Below, in pieces: positions 12,883 to 25,250 of a DNA stretch of 64,000 nucleotides. The notes beneath the pieces were generated by a model, which did not search any database, was not told the origin of the DNA, and saw only the letters and a program-made list of their open reading frames with translations. Both the position numbers and the translations under genes were made by a program. Origin of the DNA: Leptogorgia sarmentosa (lineage: Eukaryota); assembly GCA_964658305.1 (NCBI GenBank), contig OZ210885.1, positions 2,418,001 to 2,482,000 on the forward strand. Reading direction: 5' to 3'. How positions within the stretch are numbered: the stretch's first letter is position 1; every line of letters begins with the position of its first letter.

Positions 12883-15446
12883 TTGTGAGTGGTCATATGA
12901 AGTGTCACGAAGCTCTTGCGGGGGCGCGGCGCAAAACAGTTGGTAATTTAATTACAGAATAGTCTTTCACATGTTTCTTAAAAAGTTGCATGCCAACTGT
13001 CTATTTGTGCGTGCTCGAGATTTAAAAACATTCCAGTGTTTTCTCGATAAATGAGACATGCCTTTATGTGAAGAAAAATTTTAACTACGTATAATTAAGA
13101 CAAACCAAAGCACTTATTACACAATGCATTTGTAGTAAACAGCGGCAGATGGTCTGGTCGTCAGATAACTGAAGTTCAATGAATGGCAAATTATTCATTC
13201 TAGAACTAATTTTCCGCAATTTATTATTGTTGCTATACAATATTGTATTATTATTATTTTGTTGTCATACCTAAGTTTCGTAATAATATTGCATCGCCAC
13301 TTCGTTTTTGAGGCTTCGTCACTTTTATATTTCTAAATATTATTATGCAACAATGATCATGTCATTCTTCTCGCATGAAACAGGCTGTAGTGGCAATTTT
13401 TGAGACAAAACTATACTATTTGTACGTGGTATCGAGCGCTCTTGGAATTTCGTTAGCCAAAGCAGCATAATTTAAATGATAAGGTATAGAAACGCAAATT
13501 GAAATAGCGGGAAGTTTTTCGATTCCATATTTAGTTTAGCCAATATTATCTGCTGAACAATGTTTAAAACTTGTATAAACTTGTTCATACAACGACAAAT
13601 ATGATCAAATCCTATATTCCTATCATTTGTTACGGCAAGCACGACACGGAGATAAAGTATTGGTTGAAAACCGAATATAACGTATTTTGTGGAGTTGTGT
13701 GATACAGGTATGTTGTTCATACATCCATTTTCTGATTATCCAAAACACTGTCTTATCTGACTTTAGATTTTGTTCAGTAAAAGTTGAGAAATACTTTAAT
13801 GTATGATTCATATAATTATTCACAAGGAAATATTTATTCAAGACAGATTTAAATTTCGTATAAATTGAACATGCCATGCAGACTTGTTCTGTATGTCGTA
13901 TATATAAGTGAGTGATCTCTAATCTTGAGAATAGTCAATCCGGCTGACTGAATTGAAGTCGAAGTAAAATCATTTATGAGAGAAACGTCACTAGATATCC
14001 AACATAACAGCGTGGCATTTTTCGTGGGAATTAAGACTTTCAATCTTTCATTCAAAACAGGTTTGTTTTAAATAATTTACTGCTTAGTTTCAGGTCGTTT
14101 TTAAATTATACTGCTAAACTTTTACTTTGTTTGTAGCGAAAGCTGCACGAAAACATGCAAATATGTAAACATTAACAATGGTTTATACGATATTTTGGGG
14201 GAGCTGACTTCGATGTGTGGATTCATAGATTGCGTTAAAATGCATGCAACAGGATATTTGATGCAGTCTGGGAAATGTTAAATTCTGAGGTTTGTCGCTT
14301 TCACTTTCTCAGAAGAAGTTCTTTCACTTTCGCCTCAAAATAACATGACATCATTGTGAGTGGTCATATGAAGTGTCACGAAGCTCTTGCGGTGTCACGA
14401 AGTGAAGTGTCACGAAGCTCTTTCTATTTGTGCGTGCTCGAGATTTAGAAACATTCGAATGTTTAATTTTCTCGCTAAATGAAAGATCCTTCTATATTAA
14501 GAAAAAATTTAACTACGTTTAAGATAAACCAAAGCACTTATTACACAATGCTTATGTAGTAAACAGCGACAGGTGGTCTGGTCGTTAGGGTTAGGGTTTC
14601 TGACATCAATCCCCCCCACCGCCGCCCAATTAACGTTCTATCGCCGGCCCTGTGTGAATGGCATAGTTAGAGACAACCTTTGTATTTGGAATTAAACTAT
14701 GTAAATACAAAAGGAGCCCACAGTAGTGTTTTTCCGCCTTATTTGTATTTTCCAGGATTTATCTCTTTTCACGAGTCCAGGTTCTCTTATAGTCAGTTGT
14801 GGTCTTGTTGCATTGGTTCTTGCCTTCGGTTTTTGTCTTTTCACAAGCTTCTATCACTCTTCATATTTTTGAGATAAATGACGACTACTCAATGATAACC
14901 AACATTATATATATAGAACAAGATATACTGTATAAATATCACATTAGATCAAATGTCATTGCCTATAATTATTACTATATAGCAAACTTTGTCACCTAAA
15001 TTTCAATGACCTAATTTATACATTTTGCAATTTGAAAGTCATAATTCGCATTCATTTTGAGGAAAATTTAAAATCTCGAAATTTCACACGGCAGAACGTT
15101 GACACACAAACTGGTTCTATAAAACTCTTAATTTCGTACGCGTTAACTACTTTCATAGTTAAATGGTAGTTAGCTCTAGAAAACGCATTTCTTAATGGTT
15201 AACTTTCGCACGTTTTTATACAACCGGCCCCAGTTGTACACAAGGCCACCCAGCTTAACCTGGGGGAATTTAAAATTCAAAAATTTCCAGTTTGCCTATA
15301 AATTGAGACTGAAATATTCTCCAGAATTGCGAAATCTTGGTCGGGAGTGAAAAGAGCTTTCTTCTTTGGAGTTTCGAAGTATATGGGAATTTAGCTGTAC
15401 ATATATTTGTTGTTTTTTAGGTTAGAGTGACGTATCATACCACACA

Positions 15447-18320
15447 ATGGCGGGAGAAACAGTAGGATTTAACGATCCAATTCATGGCTACATGGAATTT
15501 GATCCTTTATTGGTGGAAATCATACATACTCCATCCTTTCAAAGAATGAAGAACATCAAGCAACTGGGTGGTTCATATTGGATCTTCCCTGGTGCCTCAC
15601 ACAATCGCTTCGAACACTCACTCGGCACTGCGCACCTGGCTGGAATGATGATTGAAAGATTGAGAAATGTAGGCGATGGTAGAGATTATGTAACGGATGA
15701 AGACGTCTTGTGCGTTAAGATTGCAGCACTCTGTCATGTAAGTAATATAAGTAATATAAGTAATATAAGTGTGACTTTGTCTATTGATATTTTTTTAAAA
15801 TATTTATATATAAAGAAAAACGGCATGCAAGGTTGTTTGGCTGAGGTAGCTCGTCTACTTTAATGTATGTATGTATGTAAAACTTTATTTCAATACGCTA
15901 ACTTCGACAATTATTTACAAACTGGTTTCCATGAAGGGCGTATACACACAAAGAGCTAAATGTTAATTATATAAAGAACAAAATATGTAAGAATCCCACC
16001 CTAAAATTTTAACATCATCCTCCCAAACCTCTACCCCCCAACAAGTAACCACCCACTCACCCACACGCAAAACTAACCCCCCTCCCGCCCACAATCTATA
16101 TTGCTTCCCATCATTTGGTCCTGGAGAAATTAGCTTATTATCTACTTAAATGCAATTTCGCCTTAAATGCATTGTTTTAAATGACGTAATTGACTCAGCC
16201 GCCTTGACATCTTGCGGGAGACTATTCCATAGAATTGCTCCACTGTATCCAAATGTTTTCTTTAGAAATTCCGTTTTGGGTTTTTTTTAACGAGAGATCA
16301 GTTTCGCTATTGCGTAAATCATAAATATTCTGCGATGCATTTCTCCGAGAAAAAAGATCTTTAAGGTTTGGCGCAGTGTGGTTCCCCAAGGTTTTATACA
16401 TCAATACTAGCTTGTTTTGTTCTCGTCTCCTAGCCAGGGTTTCTCAGCCCAATTTGTTTAGGACTTCAGACGATCTTACATCGTAGTCAGCTCCGGTAAT
16501 CACCCTTGCTGCTCGATTTTGAAATTTTTGCAATTTGTCTTGAAGTTCCAAGCCACAGTTATCCCACAGGGGAGAAGAATATCTTTAATGTACTTCAAAT
16601 GCCTATGAAAGGAAACTTTTTGTTGCAATATATTAATTGAAGAACTTTTAAACACATTTAAGTTCTTTATATATTTTTATTACAGGGCTTTGTTGATGAG
16701 ATACTTCAGTTTGAATCTTTTCCTTTGCCCGTTAATGACGTCACACATTGCATGATGAGTCATAATTAATTAAACTATAAATTGTTCCTGTAAATAGACG
16801 GTTTAGAAAATAAATCGTACGTTTTTGTAATTAGCGGGCATGGGAAAAGATTCAAACTGAAATATCGCAAAGCACTGTATAAAACATTATAAAAGAACGT
16901 GTACTACAATTTTAAAAGTTCTTTCATGCATTGTAACAATACTTTTCGTTTCATACGCACTTTAATATCAGATACAAGACAGTGTTAATAAGCTTTGCTT
17001 CCTACGAGGACGTTATGTCAATGTTTTTCCATTTCACAGGACTTGGGTCACGGCCCATTCTCCCATGTTTTTGATACGACCATGAAAAAGAAATTAATTG
17101 AGTACCATGAATGTCAAATTGACAAATTGTCTGATCAGGAATCTACCGATGCTGTTGAGAAGTTAGCGTACCACGAAAGGCAAAAAAAATATTTGAAAAA
17201 TTGGGAGCATGAAGATGCATCGTGTAAAATGTTTGATTATATGATAGAGGAAAACTACAAACTGAAAAAGGCTTTTGAAAAAAGAAATTTGGACAGAAGC
17301 AAGAGAGAGCTCATAAAAGAGATTATTAAAGGTACAAGCCCTGACGAGATTATTAAACGTGAAAGCCCTGAGGACGATAAATTGATAAAACAACTGAAAA
17401 TCAATGGTAAAGCGAAATGGTTTCTGTTTGAAATTGTGGCTAATAAAGTCAACGAAATCGATTGTGATAAGTTCGATTATTTTGCCAGAGACTGTCACAA
17501 TCTTGGAATGAAGAGCAATTTCGATCATCTTCGCTACATTTACAATATCCGGATTATGCCAAAACCCGACACGGAAGAGCTGCACTTATGCGTACGTGAC
17601 AAACTTAAATTTAATCTGTACGAGCTCTTCCACACCCGATGGTCATTACATCATCGCGCTTACCAACATAAGACCACCAAAGCTATCGAGGAAATGATTA
17701 CCGATGCTTTTGTTCTGCTAGAAGAAAAGTACAAGTTCTCCGAGGCCATACACGATATGAAGGAATATGCTAAGCTCACCGATGGTATCTTTTACGAAAT
17801 CTTGAACAGCAGTGATACCGATGAGAAAACCCAGAAAGCGCAAGCAATTCTCAGAAGAGTTCAGGAGAGAAATTTATATGAGTTTTATCACGAGTTTCAA
17901 CCGAATCAAAAGTTAGAAATCAACGATTTGGAAGCTGCAAAAGAAATAGCGAAGTTATCAGGAGGCCAGGTTTCTCCAGATGATTTTTTTGTGAGAACTG
18001 TAAATATCCATTTTGGCCAGAAGGAGAAAGACCCCGTGGAATCTGTCCTATTTCACAAAAAGAATCTTAAAGTTATCGATCCAATTCATAGAAGTGACGT
18101 ACTAAGCAGAATGCTCCCCGAAAAGTTTTCTGAACAGTATGTTCGTGTTTATGGAAAGAATCGCAACGACAAAAAAAAGATCATTAAGGACAGTTTCAAA
18201 AAGTGGAGCAAAGATAAAAAAATTGTTCGTGATAATCAGTGGGCAAGTGTGGCAAGTGTGGTAATGCTGACGGTGTCGGTGGCAGGGGCAGGTGTTCTTT
18301 CAAAATATTTATTCAGATGA
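15447..18320 (+). CDS. SAMHD1-like: SAMHD1-like HD-domain dNTP triphosphohydrolase A (no SAM domain); exons 15447-15737 and 17040-18320, ~523 aa
   Basis: [34 protein letters not shown] (phase-0 intron), [18 protein letters not shown] and YQHK motifs all intact. An acceptor at 15420 implies an upstream 5'UTR exon. Confidence 0.92.
15865..16577 (-). mobile_element. 5'-truncated LINE (CR1/L2-like) 3' end in the SAMHD1-like A intron
   Basis: Decayed ORF2 C-terminus ([18 protein letters not shown]...LMYKTLGN...YDLRNS...[13 protein letters not shown]) with a (TACA)n tail. Absent from the paralogous intron at ~46293. Confidence 0.8.
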
Positions 18321-20296
18321 CTTTTTCCCTATTTAATAAATGAGCTTTGATAAAAAAATACGTGCCTGATCCATTCTGAACCTTTCGATCCTGTACTGCT
18401 GCTTTCAGGTGACGATGTTGCTTGAGGGATGCTACAGGAAGCACATGTCGGTGTTCTACTGATGTTGCTAGACCTGACTGTTTTTTATTACTTTGGAATG
18501 GCTTTTGCGTCAACCGGCCTCAAATATCAACATTTATGATCCACTTACTGATGAACATTTATACGGACACGATAATGAAAACTCCATGCATGCAATACGA
18601 ACTTGTGGTAGCTATATCGTAAATGGATAATACGTTATACTGTGAACTGCATACATCTATATAGTTTATTGTAAGTTCTGTTTATGTGCTTCTATCAAGT
18701 GGCAGGCTAAATCGAATGCACGACATAGATACTAAAACACAGGAGAATCATTGCTGAACCGAAATTAGTTGAAAAACGCTAACGATACATGTATATCACT
18801 GGTCTCGCCGTAGGTTAGCGCATGCAAGCATTTTGATGTTGAAACTAAAAAAAACTAAAATTTTTAGTATAATTTTTGATTCGGTACAGCCTATCGTCTT
18901 CACTTTCAGGAAAACACACAATTTTGTGCCGCTGTTTTCACGATTCATGTTGATTGTTCTTTATTCACAACAGCAATCATTTTTTAAATAAATATTTATT
19001 TGTTTTTGTAGTCGCCCCTGCGTCATTAGGATTGGCAGTTATAGACGGCTGGCGACCGTCCGCGTTATCAAAGCTGCGCAGTGCTTTGATTTTTTTTCGG
19101 AATCTTTCTGTTACCCTGAGCGTATACATTTTACATGTCCGTCAATCTCTGGGTTCAGTAAGATTTCGAAAATAAAGTTTAAGGCTTCTCGTGTTATAAC
19201 GAAAAGTCTAACATTTTAGACACAAAGTCTAACAAAAAGACATTTTAATAGTTAGTACGAGTACGAATAATCAATAATGTAATTAGAATTGAATTGTAGA
19301 CATATTTAAATGAATACATGTAGTGATGATATTCAAATAGTGATTTAAAATAATTTCCTTAATTTTCCTTCCTGACCATGTAACCGTCCCACTCCGGCTG
19401 GTAAATAATTGGAAAGGTTAAATACTCTTTTGAAAAGATCATGATCAACATGGCGGCCATAACTCGTAAATAAAATACGTAAGCGCTGATCAACCGTGAA
19501 GTAATCTCTATGTATCCCATGAGAAACAAACGGACATGTGTTTTGCGTTGGCGTTGTATCTCGCCCCTGCGACTCGATCTGGGGTTGAAATTCAATATGG
19601 CGGCCAGGGTATCAAATTTCTATTCAGCCCCATGTAGAAAATCACCTATAGCAGCCGTACAAGGTGTCACAAAAACCATTGAAATTAACGCATGTTTGAA
19701 TTTGAATTTTGAATCTTGTTTTTTTTTAATTTTAATGTCTTTATACTTTGCGCCATTCGTCAAAACAAAAACTCGCCATATACTAAATTATTATTCTCCA
19801 AAGCCGCTATTTTTTACGCAACCGTGCTGCTGTCGAATGTCCAAAATATGTTTTTCCGGCATTAGATTGCTCATTGCATGCCATTTAAACTCGAGCACAT
19901 CAATTATGAAATCAAACAGACTATTTTAACATTTTTTTATTCTATATTCAATTGCTCTCGAATACGAGAATTGACCTACATTTTTACAAATCAGTTAGTA
20001 CTACCATAGCTATAACACGAATTTATCATATAATCTTATTTTCAACATTAAATATCTATACGATTTAATACGAGGAAATATATTTTCATAAGGCCAGTTT
20101 ACACTTGGAATTTTTGCTTTTAGTTTTCCAGTTTTAATAATTAAAATGTGAAGGAGTGAATTCATATTAATAATGAATTTGAGTGGTGCAGGCTTCACTG
20201 GTTTACTTGTTCACATCTATCAAAATTCAAAATGAGAACCGCGGCAAAATTTGCAAGTGTAAAGAGGCTTTACGATGGGGAAAATCCATCAATTTA

Positions 20297-20593
20297 AAAG
20301 AGCATCTTTAATTCAGCAAAATTGCAAAAGTTTGGTTGCGAAATGTTGTAAAGTAAGGAAAATATGACCTTGTGAAGTTGGCAATTTTTGTATAATTATG
20401 TTTGTATTACGCGCGGAGAAACGTTACCACGTGCACGAAAATGTAATACATTTTTTTCGAACGAGGTATGACGTTTTTCCGCGCGTAATACTAAAATATA
20501 CAAAAATTGCCAACTTCACAAGGTCATATTTTCTTTACTTTACAATATTTTGCGACCAAACTTTGCCATTTTACTAAATTAAAGATGCTCTTT
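20297..20593. mobile_element. Foldback/MITE-like element
   Basis: ~120-bp imperfect inverted arms (aaagagcatcttta...ttggcaatttttgtata / tatacaaaaattgccaa...taaagatgctcttt); absent from unit B. Confidence 0.6.
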
Positions 20594-21854
20594 CTGCTGT
20601 TATAATATCATTTCTTATTTCAAATTGTTTTAAAATTTGGTCTATAAGGTTAAAGGTCCATTATACAGTACATTCTTTTCTTAAATAGTCAAATAATGCT
20701 GAAAAAGCTTTTTACCATGGTCTGTTGGTAAACACCTCCGAAAACACTACTTAACCAACTACTCAAAACTTTTTACAGGACAGGACTACCCATACATTTT
20801 GAAGTACAATGCTATAATTATTTCGAAATTTTCTATATTATTTACAAGCTCAATGTTAACAAGAAATTAATTGGACACATTTATACCACATATAATTATT
20901 TTTTGCCCATCAATACGAAAACTGGAAGCTAAGGTAAGAAACAGAGGTCTGTCGAGTTCTAAAAGATCCAGGTCAGTGGCTCTCATTCAAAAACCTGCTT
21001 TGCTTGATCCGATCATTCAGCGGAAGGAGTGGCTATTTAGTGCAATGTTGCTCCACCCCCAAAGACTCTACTGAGTTTTGTCGTACCTTTTCCTCTTGTA
21101 CTTATTTCGACAAATACGTACATAAAGTTAAGCATATGAAAAATACGCTGTCGGAATCGGGTCTCAAACTGATTTGTGATACGGTATGTTGGGAAAAAGT
21201 TGCAATTGCACTAAATAGGGAGTGAGAACCGTTCACTTTTCACACACAACGAATGACTATATTCTCCCTTCAGCAGATACACATACAGCTCGATGCTCAA
21301 AATCAAATTCTATACACAATTTTCGGAAACACTACCAGGTGATCTCAATACACGGAAAAGGACTGGGACTAGCTGTCAGATAGAAATCCATTTTTCGATT
21401 GAAACAACTGCATCTCTTCCATAATATACTTATTGCCAAAGCTATAGTTCTCATAACCAAACATAATTACAAAATTTCAACTAGTTTCGTACAGAATAAC
21501 GAAAGATATAACCGAGTGAATATAGAAAAATGAATTTGTATTCGAACGACCTTTTCTGAACGCTGACTGGCTGAAACACGAACATGAGATCACCTGGAAT
21601 ATAATTTTCCTACAGAAGTTGGATCAATTTTAAACGGATTCTTTCCCTTTTTAATTTTTATGGAACTGTTAATGGACCGAATGATCGTTTTAAACGTCTT
21701 TTCATATTTTCCTATTAATTTTAACCTGCTGAATTTTGATTTCTTGAACTCAAATATTTTGCGTCATCCACAGATTTTGCGAAGTAATCCATTACAATAT
21801 ATAAACTGAATGATATTTACATAAACTCAATATTGCTGTGATTTACATCCGGAT

Positions 21855-24748
21855 CTAGCCAGGACATGATCCAGCCGTGTATCTATAATACGCCATCTGG
21901 CAGACACCATGAAAGTGAACAAATGCTCCTGCTACAACCAATACGTGAAAGATTTGATGACTTTGAAACTACAAAAGAAAAGTTACGTATTTGGTTGAAA
22001 ATTATGTTTCCAACCCTCTTCTTTCAGGTTATGTTTTCAAGGCCCCCATTTCCTCCTCCCTTTAACTTAAATGATGATCTGTCTATGAATATGAATTTCT
22101 GTTATTACAGTCGATTTCGAGTCAAGCACTTTTCACTAAAATCTTCCCAAGTTCGTTATGAAAACTACAAAAGATCGTTGCGAAGTTCAAAAATTCATAA
22201 TGAATTTGATTGGCTACTTTTTAACGTTTAGCCAATCATAAACTTTGTTTACAAACTGGTTTGTGAATTTCATTATAAACTTTTGAGCTACGGAAACAGC
22301 TTCCAAAGTCCGGAACGAATTTTTTGTGAAAAGTGACCTGAAATCGACGGCAACAAGTCAAACCAGACTTGATTTCTCGAAAGTGGATAGAAAAAGTTAT
22401 TTTCGGAAGGGTAAATGGTTCCTTTACGAGTGGAGTAGTCACTAAACTCCGTGAACAGTTGAGTAAAATTCATTGACTATAAGTTAGATTTTCCGGCTGG
22501 AATCGAACCTATGCCTGTGCGACGTTGAGCACTGGTCTGACCACTAAAGCTACGGAGGTGGTACTTTTTCAAACTCAAAATTATGAAACAAATCTACAGA
22601 AAATAAAATTATCGTGTGCATCCCCATTTTAAGGAATTAAAATACAGTATGTTGGGCTTATGATGGGCTTAATTAATATGTGTTTTGGTTCAATTGGTTG
22701 CTAATATACCTGCGAATGGGTTGAGGGTAAATCAATATGTTTTTATGGCACTTCACTCGACGTGGAATATTTTTTGATGGATTAAATGGTTTTAGTATCG
22801 CGAGTGGAATATAGCACAATTAATCCCATTAGAAAATATTCCATATAATTATTATACATCGAGTAAATTGACATAAAATCATAATTAGTACCCTCAACCT
22901 ATAGAAAAAGTTACATTGCCGATTAGAAAAAAAATCCAAACTATTTGCGCATTTGTGCTATGTAAAAAAGAGGAAACTTACCACAATATTGCATTTTCCG
23001 GGGAAGAAACGTTCTGGAATCCTTGTTGCGTAAAGAACGGCCCCAGTGATATACAGTACGCCCATCAATATCAGCCAGCCCATGGAGGCTTGCTTCAGAG
23101 CTATTGTAATGCCATGTGCGATCAGAATATGGACGCAGGGAATAATACCAGAGCAGCCGAGACCAACAAACACGACTGGAAAGGAAATAAAATTTAATGC
23201 AATTGGGCAGATTAAAACCCGTCTTCCAGTTCGCCATTTTTTTCGCGCAAAGAAGCAAAAAGAGAATGTGATTGGTTGGTGAAGTCGTCAGTGTTTGTTG
23301 CCAGCCAATCATGTTGCTGTTTTCTCTTTTCGCGCGAAAAAATCTGCCTAATGGAAAACAGGCTTACAAACAGTCCCCGGGTGTAAGCTAGTCAGAGTTA
23401 TCACAGTCTATTTATAGAAATACCCGCTGAAAAAGACTGTCAGGTCGAAACCAGGCGTCAATTCTACTGTTCTAACATTATATGTGTTTTAATACAACTA
23501 TTCACTACACGCACTGAAGTTTTTTGCCCGCTAAGATTATTTACCTGCTCGAAGTACTCTGTATTTTGGCGTATTGAATTTCTCCCACAAAGAAATACAT
23601 ATACAGATGAAACCAAGCAAGCACACCATGGCTATATAAACAATTTTTGTTGTTGGATAGCAGTAGAAGCCATAGTAAAGACACGGAATGAAGGAACCGA
23701 CTATCAATAGAGCAATTCCCGTGTAGTCCAACCTATAATTATGAAAGTAGTATTTATTGAAAATAATTCAAGAGTTTTGATTGGTTAAAGGGGGGTTACA
23801 GTCCCTAATGTAAACAAACGCTTTGTTTACATTTTGAGTTGCTATATTTGTAAAATTTGATTGAACTACTGAATATTTGACACTTTTCGGGTTTGCTATG
23901 CTCCTAAAACAATATAAACCAGCGTTTCGATTCAAAAAAGTTTCAAAAAATCTGGACAATGTGGTCCACATTTGTTATGAGCAGAACCGATGCGCAGAAG
24001 CGACTGTAACCGGTCTTTAAGAGCCGCAGATGAAATATTCATCTTTGTTCAGTAAAACACATATATATATGACATTATGATGTCACACTAATTTATGTTA
24101 TGCTGTTTATGCCAAAAGTGAGAAAATGGCTCAAAGAAAGGTTCTTGTTTACAATCAGCAAGCATTTACCCCAAGTCCAATTTATCAATAAATGATAAAA
24201 CAATTTTTTAATTCAGTGCTAAAACAACCGGAAGCGAGCCAACTTCATACAGTATAAACTCACCTGCTAAATAGATTTGAGATTTTATCCGAGTGGCAAT
24301 CCATTGTATGGTAGAGGGTTGAAAATGCCAGACAAAACAGAGCTCCAGCAAAGAATGAACCAAAAACAAACTTTTCTGTTATATCTCTTGGGAAAGGGTT
24401 TGATAATGTCACTGGTCTGAGGTAGAAATACAATGTGACGCAGACAAATGCAATGAAGCCTAGCAAATGTGTCCAAATATTCCCAGTCTCTGTGTGTATG
24501 CGAAACATGCTTTTAAAGCAGAGTCGAAAGGATTCTAAAGGAGGCCGATGGCCATGATCAATGAAATCATTATCACGAAGCCATTCTGGCAACTCCCAAT
24601 GAGCCACAACACGCCAGCCTCGTTTTCCTGCTTCAATGACCTGCCGTGCCAAACGTTCAGCTTGTTCAGCGGCTTCTTTCACATGGATACGTTCGTTTAC
24701 ATTTTGAAACATCACTTGCAAGTTTTCTTCACCTCTTCCAATCAAAGC
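21855..24748 (-). pseudogene. ADIPOR-like: AdipoR/PAQR copy A lacking exon 1; exons 24748-24264, 23732-23545, 23175-22982 and 21968-21855 are open
   Basis: Same splice sites and exon lengths (485/188/194/114) as copy B. The duplication breakpoint falls in intron 1. It may still encode an N-truncated protein. Confidence 0.7.
22492..22558 (-). mobile_element. tRNA-derived SINE head remnant (truncated copy at ~52022-52070)
   Basis: Reverse complement shows A box gtagctttagtgg and B box ggttcgattcc without a full cloverleaf. Confidence 0.5.
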
Positions 24749-25250
24749 CTGGAAGTAATACAAAAGGCATTAAAATATCTGTCAGTAACAAACATTGTCT
24801 GAGACTGTATTTTGCCCAGGCATTACACCATCCATATATAGGTATCTACTATACATATTTATAAAAGAACAGGAAGTAAGTGAATAAATACAAGTCACAT
24901 GATTAGTACTGCATACACTAATTTTAGCCAAAATCGTAGAAGTTTTATGCTCAAATTTTGGTAAAGTTCATACATTCATTATCACTGTTCATAACTTCAT
25001 GTCAATACAGAGAAAAAAAATGAAAAAAAATGAGGCATTTCTTGCCTGATCTTGTGATCAATATTTTATCAATCTATTGCTGTGCACATGAACAAATATG
25101 TGAATTTCAGCTTAATGTATTGAGTCCACACAGCTATAAAGCTCCACCGCGAACTTCAACCGCTATTATTGTTACGTCTATTTGACATCTCATGCACCGT
25201 GAAGCATCAAGTCTTGATTTAGTAAAATGCTCTATATCACCTGCCGAGGC

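Larger units (their letters stand above)
11795..14585. repeat. ~1.5-kb tandem repeat array (about 2 units) upstream of SAMHD1-like A
   Basis: Marker aaattgaacatgccatgcagacttg recurs at ~12372 and ~13862; the same unit recurs at 31200-44970. Confidence 0.85.
4041..25130. repeat. Segmental tandem duplication, unit A (GPCR, 1.5-kb repeats, SAMHD1-like, 5'-truncated AdipoR)
   Basis: Colinear high identity with 25146-54536, from accgcgaacttcaacc (4041 vs 25146) to gagtccaca (25130 vs ~54536). Confidence 0.9.

Noticed and set aside
12349..14055. Recurrent small ORFs (e.g. IPTKNATLLCWISSDVSLINDF) in the 1.5-kb repeat
   Set aside because: Starts, stops and frames vary between copies and there is no domain signature; recurrence reflects the DNA repeat.
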